From: an uncultured Alphaproteobacteria bacterium
GTDB taxonomy: Bacteria; Pseudomonadota; Alphaproteobacteria; Rs-D84
DNA: 32,000 bases
NCBI GenBank assembly: GCA_963931495.1
Contig: OZ007020.1
Coordinates: forward strand, 180,001-212,000
Reading direction: 5' to 3'
This document shows, one piece after another, positions 17,841 through 25,619 of the stretch. Numbering within the stretch: the stretch's first letter is position 1; each line of letters starts with the position of its first letter. Position numbers and translations under genes: made by a program. The notes under the pieces were generated by a model. It was not told the DNA's origin. It saw only the letters and a program-made list of their open reading frames with translations, and did not search any database.

Positions 17841-18986
17841 ATGGCACGTCAAACACGCGTTTCAAATGCAAATATGATGAGTTTCCAAGAAAAACTTAGT
17901 CGTTTTTCATGGACAATGTTTATACCAATGTGTTTGATTCTGGCCATATCAATCATCGTTCTGTATTCGGCCGGTGGTGGCGCATGGCGCCCATTCGCAC
18001 TGTCGCAGTTAACAAAAATTGCATTAGGATTTGGGGTCTTTTTTTTCGCCGCATTTACAAATATAAAAACATGGATTAAGTCAGCATATTTAATTTATGC
18101 GATTGCGTTGATAATGATTATCTTGGTCACATTTATCGGTCATACTGGAATGGGTGCACAACGCTGGCTGGATTTAGGAATATTTCATGTACAACCATCT
18201 GAATTAATAAAAATTGCACTGGTTTTGGCGTTGGCACGTTATTTTGCATGGATGAATTCAGTTGAATTATCCCAAGTAAAAAATTATGCCGTTCCGGCGG
18301 CAATGTTGTTGATACCATTTATACTGATTGTTGCCCAGCCTGATTTAGGTACAGCATTATCATTGGCAATGATTACAGTTGGGATATTTTATATCGTCGG
18401 TGCACAAAAAAAATGGTTTATTATTGCGATTGTTCTGGGATTGATGGCGGCACCATTGGTTTGGTTCGGGGGGTTGCACGATTATCAACGTGACCGTATT
18501 ATCACATTTATTAACCCAGATCACGATGCCCAGGGTGCCGGATACCAAATTAACCAGGCAAAAATTGCATTCGGTTCTGGGGGAATGCTGGGCAAAGGAT
18601 ATATGGCCGGCACACAATCGCAACAATCGTTTTTACCAGAAAAACAAACTGATTTTATATTTACCATGCTGGGTGAAGAATTTGGTTTTGTTGGCGCATT
18701 TATGTTATTGATGCTGTATACGTTTATTGTAATAGTATTGTTCAGATGCGCGAAAATATGCCGAAATCGTTTTGGACAATTGGTTTGTTTTGGTTTTATG
18801 TTGAACTTTTTTATTTATTATTTTATAAATATTTCTATGGTTCTGGGATTAATGCCAACCGTTGGTGTGCCGTTGCCGCTGATGTCTTTTGGTGGCAGCA
18901 GTTTGTTATCACTGATGTTCGGTTTCGGTTTATGCCAGAACGCATATATTCACAAGGACCAACAATTATCTGCCAAAGGAAGTTAA
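17841..18986 (+). CDS. rodA: SEDS-family peptidoglycan polymerase RodA
   Basis: It is a polytopic membrane protein with FHVQPSELIKI, QPDLGTAL, SFLPEKQTDFIF and GVPLPLMSFGGSS. It starts 2 nt after mrdA. Confidence 0.93.
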   Translation: MARQTRVSNANMMSFQEKLSRFSWTMFIPMCLILAISIIVLYSAGGGAWRPFALSQLTKIALGFGVFFFAAFTNIKTWIKSAYLIYAIALIMIILVTFIGHTGMGAQRWLDLGIFHVQPSELIKIALVLALARYFAWMNSVELSQVKNYAVPAAMLLIPFILIVAQPDLGTALSLAMITVGIFYIVGAQKKWFIIAIVLGLMAAPLVWFGGLHDYQRDRIITFINPDHDAQGAGYQINQAKIAFGSGGMLGKGYMAGTQSQQSFLPEKQTDFIFTMLGEEFGFVGAFMLLMLYTFIVIVLFRCAKICRNRFGQLVCFGFMLNFFIYYFINISMVLGLMPTVGVPLPLMSFGGSSLLSLMFGFGLCQNAYIHKDQQLSAKGS

Positions 18987-18990
18987 TAAA

Positions 18991-21240
18991 ATGAATCTGC
19001 TTATTGTTGAATCACCATCCAAGGCAAAAACAATTGAAAAATATCTGGGGCCGGATTGGCATGTTGTTGCGTCTGTTGGCCATGTACGTGACCTGGTTCC
19101 TGAAAATGGCAGTGTTGATACCGCGCACGACTTTGAAATGCGGTGGCAAATCATGCCCGGCAAAGAAAAACAAATAAAACAGATTACAGATGAATTAAAA
19201 AAGGCAGATGCAGTGTATCTGGCATCGGACCCAGATCGCGAAGGGGAAGCAATTGCGTGGCATATACTGGATATACTGAAAACACGCAATGCATTAAATG
19301 GAAAAAAAGTATATCGGGTCGCATTTCATGAAATTACTAAAAAAGCCGTTATGGATGCAATTGCACATCCACGTGAAATTGATACGAACCTGGTTGATGC
19401 ATACCTGGTACGGCGCGCACTGGATTATTTAATTGGATTTGGCATATCACCGTTGTTGTGGCGACGCAACCTGGGGCGCAGTGCCGGACGCGTACAATCA
19501 GTGGCGGTAAAACTGGTCGTTGATCGTGAACGTGAAATTGATGCGTTTCGGCCAAAAGAATATTGGTCATTGGTCGCAAAATGCAAACAAAATAATACAG
19601 AATTTGATGCGCAATTGGCAAATTTTAATGGCAAAAAAATTGAAAAAATGACAATTGAAAATCACGCCTGTATGCATGAAATCCGGGAAAAAATTGGTGA
19701 ACCGATTATAAGTGCACATGTTATTTCAATTGATAAAAAGAAAATTTCACGTCGTGCATCGGCACCGTTCACAACCAGTACATTACAACAAGAAGCCGCA
19801 CGCAAGTTATATTTTACATCGCGCCGTACAATGGCCACAGCACAAAAGTTGTACGAACAAGGTTTAATAACATATATGCGTACAGATGCAACAAATCTGG
19901 CGGCGGATGCAGTAAGTGAAATTCGCGAATATATTTCAAAATCTTATGGTGATGCGTTTGTTCCAAAAAATCCGAATGTATATGTAACAAAATCTAAAAA
20001 TGCCCAAGAAGCACATGAAGCAATTCGCCCAACACACTTTGATGGAAATACAGAAAAATTATCTGGTGACGAGGCAAAATTATACGATTTAATATGGAAA
20101 CGCACAATTGCATGTCAAATGACAAATGCCGAATTTGACAGTGTTTCCGCCGATATTGAAACAGATAATCATGTTGCGGTATTTCATGCGGTTGGTACAA
20201 CACGCACATTTGATGGTTTTATGCGTATATATACCGAAGATAAAGATGATTCTGATGACGCGACAGAATCCAGACTGCCGATACTGAATGTTGGTGATGC
20301 AATAAATATAACCGCACTGGATTCACAACAGCATTTTACACAACCGCCAGCACGTTATACCGAAGCGTCATTGGTAAAAAAACTGGAAGAACTGGGTATC
20401 GGACGCCCATCAACATATGCAACAATTATGTCAACAATTGTTGATCGTAAATATGTTGAGCAAGATAAACAAAGACGCTTTCATCCAACACCAGGTGGAT
20501 GGGTAATTTCTGCATATTTATCAAAATATTTTGATGATTTGGTTGATGTGAATTTTACCGCAAAAACAGAAGATACACTGGATGACGTATCAAATGGAAA
20601 GCGCGATAAACTGGATGCGTTGCGTAATTTCTGGGGACCAACATCGGAAATGATTGATAACGCACGCGGAATTAAAACAACCGAAATAATTGATGCGATA
20701 AACGACATAATGCGACCACACTTGTTCCCAGATGGTAATGACAAATGTCCAAAATGTGGTGGAAAACTGGCGATAAAATTATCTAAATATGGTGCATTTA
20801 TCGGATGTGAAAATTATCCAACATGCGATTATACAAAAAAGTTGTCTGATGTGGATGAATCAGAAAACAATACGGATAATACAAAGTCTAAAAATAATAT
20901 GATTGATTTGGGTGATGGTATTTCTTTTCGCATCGGTCGTTTTGGCCCATATGTAACGGACGGTACAAAAAATGCCCCGGCAAAACAGTATACATCTGAA
21001 ACAATTACACTGGATATTGCACGTGAATTATTATCAAATGGCACAAAAAAATCAGAACCGATTAATATCGGCGATAATCCTGTAACAGGGAAAGCGATAT
21101 TTTATTATCCAACCGGACGATATGGCGCATATATTTCGTCAAATCGTGTAAATGTATCGGTCAAAGAACAACCTGATTTACAAACAGCAATTGATTTGAT
21201 TAATAACAAAAAGCCAACAAAAAGGTTTAAACGTAAATAA
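18991..21240 (+). CDS. topA: DNA topoisomerase I
   Basis: The TOPRIM N terminus MNLLIVESPSKAKTIEKYLG..ASVGHVRDL, then DPDREGEAIAWH, the active-site region GLITYMRTD, and one Zn-ribbon CPKCGG..CENYPTC are present. Confidence 0.97.
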   Translation: MNLLIVESPSKAKTIEKYLGPDWHVVASVGHVRDLVPENGSVDTAHDFEMRWQIMPGKEKQIKQITDELKKADAVYLASDPDREGEAIAWHILDILKTRNALNGKKVYRVAFHEITKKAVMDAIAHPREIDTNLVDAYLVRRALDYLIGFGISPLLWRRNLGRSAGRVQSVAVKLVVDREREIDAFRPKEYWSLVAKCKQNNTEFDAQLANFNGKKIEKMTIENHACMHEIREKIGEPIISAHVISIDKKKISRRASAPFTTSTLQQEAARKLYFTSRRTMATAQKLYEQGLITYMRTDATNLAADAVSEIREYISKSYGDAFVPKNPNVYVTKSKNAQEAHEAIRPTHFDGNTEKLSGDEAKLYDLIWKRTIACQMTNAEFDSVSADIETDNHVAVFHAVGTTRTFDGFMRIYTEDKDDSDDATESRLPILNVGDAINITALDSQQHFTQPPARYTEASLVKKLEELGIGRPSTYATIMSTIVDRKYVEQDKQRRFHPTPGGWVISAYLSKYFDDLVDVNFTAKTEDTLDDVSNGKRDKLDALRNFWGPTSEMIDNARGIKTTEIIDAINDIMRPHLFPDGNDKCPKCGGKLAIKLSKYGAFIGCENYPTCDYTKKLSDVDESENNTDNTKSKNNMIDLGDGISFRIGRFGPYVTDGTKNAPAKQYTSETITLDIARELLSNGTKKSEPINIGDNPVTGKAIFYYPTGRYGAYISSNRVNVSVKEQPDLQTAIDLINNKKPTKRFKRK

Positions 21241-22856
21241 TGGCGGGATTTGACAGAAATTTTACCGATGAATTGCGCGCACGTTTATCACTGGTTGATG
21301 TTATTGGGCGACGTGTGCCACTGGTAAAAAAAGGTCAAAATTATTGGGGCTGTTGCCCATTTCACAATGAAAAAACACCCAGTTTTTCTGTAAATGAAGA
21401 CAAAGGTTTTTATCACTGTTTCGGATGTGGTGAACATGGCGATATTATATCGTTCGTAATGAAATCTGAAAATGTTGATTTTCGTACAGCGATTTCAGAA
21501 CTGGCGGATATGGCGGGGTTAAAAATGCCAGAATACAAACCAAAGTCTGCCGCCCAGGTCGCACGCGAAGAATCTTATTTTGAAATACTGGAAAATGCGG
21601 CCCGAATATATCAAAAAAAATTATATGACCCAGATGGTGCGCATGCATTGGAATACATTCATCGGCGTGGATTTAATGATGATATGATAAAAAAATATCG
21701 TATTGGATATGCACCCAAAAATAATATCATTGCCAATAAATTCGTTAACTTAAAACAAGATAATTTATTATCAACCGGCATGTGTCGGCGTGGTGATTAT
21801 GGTATGTATGATTTTTTCCGTGATAAATTAATGTTTCCAATATTTAATGCGCATGGACAAGTTATTGCATTTTCTGGACGCAGTTTGGATGGCAGTGAAC
21901 CTAAATACATAAATACCACGGATACAGAATTATTTCACAAACGGCGTACTGTATTTGGATTTAATTTTGCACGTGATGCAATACATCGCGCAAACCGCAG
22001 TATAGTAGTTGAAGGTCAAATTGATGCAATAAAAATGCAATGTAATGGATTCCCTGAAACAGTTGCCCCATTGGGGACCGCACTGACCGAAGATCATATT
22101 GCAATTTTATGTAAATCAAACAGAAATATCACATTTTGTTTTGATGGCGATGGCGCCGGACAAAAAGCCGGGGCGCGTGCATGCGATATTGTTATGCCAT
22201 TTTTGCGTGATACATCAGATGTACGTTTTGCATTTGTTACTGGTGGCAAGGATCCAGATGAAGTATTAAATACCGGTGGCACTGCTGCGATGCAAAAAAT
22301 TATTAACGATGCAACACCGTTGGTTGATTTTTTATGGAATCTTGCAAACGCCGGATTTAATGTATCCACACCGAATGGACGAACCCAGGCAGAAAAATTT
22401 TTAAAACAAAAAATCGCAAAAATAAATGATGTCACACTGCGCGACGAATATGAACATGAATATAAATCCAGAATGTTTAACCAATGGCATAAATGGAACA
22501 AGAATAAAAACTATACATCAGCAATAGAATTACCAGAAATTGACGCAATCACACAAAAAACATTAATATTTATAACTAATAAATACCCGGAAATTGCCGA
22601 ACGATATGTTGATTTTTTAACATCATTAAATATGTCTTTGGATGGTGACGCCCCAGATTTGCCAATGGATGAACACGCCGCGGAAAAATATATCATTTCA
22701 TTAAAATTACAAAAATGGCTGGAAACGCTGCATATACAGCGCAAAGAATTAACAGCAAGAAAATTATCTGGGGATGATGTTGACGAACAAATTGCAAAAG
22801 TTGATACAGATATACGCGATGCAAATGAACGAATTGAAAAATTAATATCTATGTAA
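21240..22856 (+). CDS. dnaG: DNA primase
   Basis: The Zn-ribbon is CCPFHNEKTPSFSVNEDKGFYHCFGCGEHGD. The TOPRIM region shows VVEGQIDAI and FCFDGDGAGQKA. The ATG overlaps the topA stop (TAATG). Confidence 0.95.
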   Translation: MAGFDRNFTDELRARLSLVDVIGRRVPLVKKGQNYWGCCPFHNEKTPSFSVNEDKGFYHCFGCGEHGDIISFVMKSENVDFRTAISELADMAGLKMPEYKPKSAAQVAREESYFEILENAARIYQKKLYDPDGAHALEYIHRRGFNDDMIKKYRIGYAPKNNIIANKFVNLKQDNLLSTGMCRRGDYGMYDFFRDKLMFPIFNAHGQVIAFSGRSLDGSEPKYINTTDTELFHKRRTVFGFNFARDAIHRANRSIVVEGQIDAIKMQCNGFPETVAPLGTALTEDHIAILCKSNRNITFCFDGDGAGQKAGARACDIVMPFLRDTSDVRFAFVTGGKDPDEVLNTGGTAAMQKIINDATPLVDFLWNLANAGFNVSTPNGRTQAEKFLKQKIAKINDVTLRDEYEHEYKSRMFNQWHKWNKNKNYTSAIELPEIDAITQKTLIFITNKYPEIAERYVDFLTSLNMSLDGDAPDLPMDEHAAEKYIISLKLQKWLETLHIQRKELTARKLSGDDVDEQIAKVDTDIRDANERIEKLISM

Positions 22857-22862
22857 TAAAAA

Positions 22863-22885
22863 TGCCGGTGTTTACCGGTATTTTT
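22863..22885. terminator. bidirectional terminator between dnaG and ychF
   Basis: The hairpin is CCGGT-GTTT-ACCGG (extendable), followed by TTTTT and preceded by AAAAA. Confidence 0.6.
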
Positions 22886-22890
22886 ATTAC

Positions 22891-23970
22891 TTAATTATTA
22901 AACAAGAAATGACATATATCACCATCTTGCATAACATATTCTTTACCAACCAGTCGCATTTTGCCGGCTTCTTTTACCGCAACTTCGCCACCGTATTTTA
23001 TAAAATCATCGGGTGAAATAATTTCGGCACGAATAAATCCGCGTTCAAAATCAGTGTGAATTTTGCCGGCCGCCTGGGGCGCGGTCATACCACGTGTGAT
23101 TGTCCACGCGTGCGCTTCTTTTGGACCAATGGTATAAAATGTTTGTAACCCCAATGTGGTGTATCCAGTACGTATAATTTTATCCAACCCTGATTCAGAT
23201 AACCCCAAATCATCTAAAAACATTTTTCGTTCATCTGGATTTATAATCTGGGCGATTTCCATTTCTATTTTTGACGATATAACCAACACTGGTGCATTGG
23301 CGCCGTATTTGTTACGTACCGCGTCAGAAAACTTATTCCCGGATGCCGCCGACGCTTCATCCACATTACATACATAAATAACAGATTTCGCCGTCAATAA
23401 ATTAAATGGATGCGCATCAACCCCAGAATCACGCGCCGGGGTACCCGCCGCCAATCCATTACGAATAACATTCGCATCCGCCAATAACTTTATGGCGTTT
23501 TTATCCAGCCCATGAGCCTTTTTTTCAAGATTTTTAATCTGTTTATCCAGACTTTCAATATCCGCCAACATCAATTCTGTTTCAATCGTATCAATATCTG
23601 CCAGTGGATCAATTTTGCCGTTCACGTGCACAATATCGTCGTTTTCAAAGCATCTGACCACGTGAATAATTGCGTCAACCCCCAATATGTTACCAAGAAA
23701 TTTATTTCCCAAACCTTCACCAGTTGATGCACCACGTACCAAACCCGCAATATCAACAATTTCCAATTGGGTTGGTATAATCTTTTGCGATTTTGCCACA
23801 TCTGATAATTTGTGCAATGTTGCATCTGGGACAACAACACGCCCAGTGTTTGGTTCAATCGTACAAAAAGGATAGTTTTGCGCATCCGCGGCCGCACTTT
23901 GCGTTAATGCATTAAATAACGTAGATTTACCAACATTTGGCAATCCGACAATTCCGCAATTGAAACCCAT
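22891..23970 (-). CDS. ychF: ribosome-binding ATPase YchF (Obg-like)
   Basis: MGFNCGIVGLPNVGKSTLFNALT, YPFCTIEPN and DIAGLVRGAS are present, plus a C-terminal TGS-like domain (RAEIISPDDF..KEAGKMRLVGKEYVMQDGD). Confidence 0.95.
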   Translation of the reverse strand: MGFNCGIVGLPNVGKSTLFNALTQSAAADAQNYPFCTIEPNTGRVVVPDATLHKLSDVAKSQKIIPTQLEIVDIAGLVRGASTGEGLGNKFLGNILGVDAIIHVVRCFENDDIVHVNGKIDPLADIDTIETELMLADIESLDKQIKNLEKKAHGLDKNAIKLLADANVIRNGLAAGTPARDSGVDAHPFNLLTAKSVIYVCNVDEASAASGNKFSDAVRNKYGANAPVLVISSKIEMEIAQIINPDERKMFLDDLGLSESGLDKIIRTGYTTLGLQTFYTIGPKEAHAWTITRGMTAPQAAGKIHTDFERGFIRAEIISPDDFIKYGGEVAVKEAGKMRLVGKEYVMQDGDICHFLFNN

Positions 23971-23997
23971 GTTTATTTCCTTTATAATACCAACAAT

Positions 23998-24678
23998 ATG
24001 TCATACATGTGGGATGAATTCAATATAAAAACATTTCCAGCGGAAACAATTGTATTCCGCGATGGTGTTTTTTGTCACGATTTATCAACCCTGGAAAGCA
24101 CAAATGTTGATAAAAAATATGATTTGCCTGTTCACATCATTTATATCGGCGAAATTGCCGGTAAATGCCGGCTGGAAATTAACATCAGCGCAGAAAACCA
24201 GTCGGTATATTTAAGTGCGCGAATTAAAAATAAAAAGCCGGCCTTTTTGAATATTTTTATCAAAAATGCCGGGAAAAATTCTGAATTTCGTGGTCATGTG
24301 ATGCTGGAAAACAATGATGCGATAAATTACGAATGTATCGCCCATCATTTTATGCCAAATACAACCATATTAGTAAAAACAAAATTATTGGCCGAAAAAA
24401 ACACCGTGTCCAAAATATCAGGTACAGCAATTATTGATAAAAACTGTGACAACACAAATTCGGATATATCATTTACTGCATTGGCCGATAAAACCGCACG
24501 AATTGAATTTATGCCAGCACAACGTATATCCGCCATACCAACATCGGCCGAACACAGTGCATCAATTTATCAGCCGTCGCCCCCCCAGATTCAATACTTA
24601 CGTATGGCTGGGTTATCCGGGGCCGAAGTTGACACCGCCCTGCGTGCGGCATTTATGAATGATTTTTCACTGTTTTAA
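23998..24678 (+). CDS. short SufD/SufB-family (SUFBD beta-helix) protein, 226 aa
   Basis: The C-terminal 60 aa align by eye to the E. coli SufD C terminus: ...ARIEFMPAQRISAIPTSAEHSASIYQPSPPQIQYLRMAGLSGAEVDTALRAAF versus ...[47 protein letters not shown]. It is about half the normal SufD length, and no sufB/C/S genes are adjacent. Confidence 0.6.
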   Translation: MSYMWDEFNIKTFPAETIVFRDGVFCHDLSTLESTNVDKKYDLPVHIIYIGEIAGKCRLEINISAENQSVYLSARIKNKKPAFLNIFIKNAGKNSEFRGHVMLENNDAINYECIAHHFMPNTTILVKTKLLAEKNTVSKISGTAIIDKNCDNTNSDISFTALADKTARIEFMPAQRISAIPTSAEHSASIYQPSPPQIQYLRMAGLSGAEVDTALRAAFMNDFSLF

Positions 24679-24819
24679 TCGCGTTCTTGGTTTTTAAGCA
24701 GCATCACTGGACGGTAACATATATATCGTTTCATATTTTGGCGATTTTTCTGAATTGTATTTATTTATATATTTATCAATAACAGACAGTATTTACGCAT
24801 CTTTCATGAAATATTCCCC

Positions 24820-24851
24820 ATGAAAAAGAAAAAACCCCGTATTCAGGGGTT
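24820..24851 (-). terminator. rho-independent terminator of rpmJ
   Basis: On the minus strand the hairpin is AACCCC-TGAATAC-GGGGTT (24833-24851), followed by TTTTTTCTTTTT. Confidence 0.7.
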
Positions 24852-24863
24852 ATTCGTATATAA

Positions 24864-24998
24864 TTATTTCTTTCTGAAACCCTGTTTTGCCTTTAATTTA
24901 GGATTACTGGGGTCAATTAAGATAATTTGCTTTCCACGGCGAATTTGTTTTACATTACCGCGTTTTTTCCAAGCCTTTAATGAACTTAAAAACTTCAT
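24864..24998 (-). CDS. rpmJ: 50S ribosomal protein L36, Cys-less type-B/alphaproteobacterial form (44 aa); absent from the ORF track
   Basis: Hand translation of the minus strand gives MKFLSSLKAWKKRGNVKQIRRGKQIILIDPSNPKLKAKQGFRKK*. This matches the MK..SLK..K.R.....V.RRG....I.K.NPRFKARQG pattern. AAAGGA lies 7 nt upstream of the ATG and a terminator lies downstream. Confidence 0.85.
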   Translation of the reverse strand: MKFLSSLKAWKKRGNVKQIRRGKQIILIDPSNPKLKAKQGFRKK

Positions 24999-25022
24999 GT
25001 CTTAATCCTTTGTTGTGTGGTC

Positions 25023-25050
25023 ATTATAAACAGTTTTTATCAAAAATCAA
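25023..25050 (-). promoter_or_regulatory. candidate sigma70-type promoter for rpmJ
   Basis: On the minus strand, -35 TTGATT (25050-25045), a 16-nt spacer and -10 TATAAT (25028-25023) sit about 25 nt upstream of the rpmJ ATG. The background is AT-rich, so a chance match is possible. Confidence 0.4.
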
Positions 25051-25093
25051 ATATTATATTAATATTTTGTTGTTTTTGTTGGGGCGGTTAGTT

Positions 25094-25280
25094 TTGTTGA
25101 AAATTGTTTTTATTTTGTTATTAACAAGTTTTCAACAATTTTTTGCCGGTTTTCCGCCATGTTTTATTATAATTGTTGAAAAACAGTCGCGATAATTAAC
25201 AGTTGATAACTATCTGGTTTTTTAACAGTTTTAACAAAATTATCATATGCGTTTTTATACTTGTTGAAAACGGTTGAAAT
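25094..25280. promoter_or_regulatory. cluster of TTGTTGAAAA repeats (three direct, one inverted, one partial) plus TTAACA(A)GTT repeats upstream of virB3
   Basis: Perfect 10-mers lie at 25094-25103, 25173-25182 and 25261-25270, with the reverse complement at 25129-25138 and a partial GTTGAAAT at 25273-25280. TTAACAGTT lies at 25196-25204 and 25222-25230, and TTAACAAGTT at 25121-25130. Confidence 0.6.
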
Positions 25281-25289
25281 TGTTATAAT
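25261..25289 (+). promoter_or_regulatory. candidate sigma70-type promoter of the virB3-virB4 operon
   Basis: -35 TTGTTG (25261-25266), a 17-nt spacer and a perfect -10 TATAAT (25284-25289) are present. The RBS AAAGGGGGG (25298-25306) precedes the ATG at 25320. The -35 element coincides with the last TTGTTGAAAA repeat. Confidence 0.5.
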
Positions 25290-25319
25290 TCTAAGACAAA
25301 GGGGGGATTTAATCAAAAT

Positions 25320-25616
25320 ATGCGGCAACAAGTACTGAAAGCATTGGCAAATCCGGCGCGTATTTTTTATGTGCCATATACATTGGCGGTGATTAATTTT
25401 GCCGTCCAGTTTATTGTTTTTATTCTGTTTTTTGTCATTGATTTGGCAATTAATGGCGCAGATACACGGGTTTCACCACTGTATTTTTTGGTTTCTGTCA
25501 TTGTTGTGCACTTTATACTGGCGTTTTTTGCAAAGCGCGAACCACAACTGGGACAGATTGTCGCGGCAAAAATACAATTGTTAAAAAAGAAAATACCATC
25601 ACGATTGGCGGCATAA
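25320..25616 (+). CDS. virB3: type IV secretion system protein VirB3
   Basis: It is 98 aa, with LKALANPARIFYVPYTLAVINF followed by two hydrophobic helices. It lies immediately upstream of virB4. Confidence 0.85.
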   Translation: MRQQVLKALANPARIFYVPYTLAVINFAVQFIVFILFFVIDLAINGADTRVSPLYFLVSVIVVHFILAFFAKREPQLGQIVAAKIQLLKKKIPSRLAA

Positions 25617-25619
25617 AAT

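Noticed and set aside
17181-17852. A 223-aa minus-strand ORF.
   Set aside because: It is antisense to the well-supported mrdA (PBP2) gene. It has no RBS or motif and is a shadow ORF.
24820-25005. A 61-aa plus-strand ORF (MKKKKPRIQGLF...).
   Set aside because: It lies opposite the rpmJ gene and its terminator. The minus-strand L36 reading is far better supported.
24999-25319. The AT-rich, repeat-dense intergenic region was considered as a replication origin.
   Set aside because: I found no DnaA-box-like TTATCCACA/TGTGGATAA sequences. There is no adjacent dnaA, hemE or parAB context. The repeats overlap a good promoter, so a regulatory role is more parsimonious.
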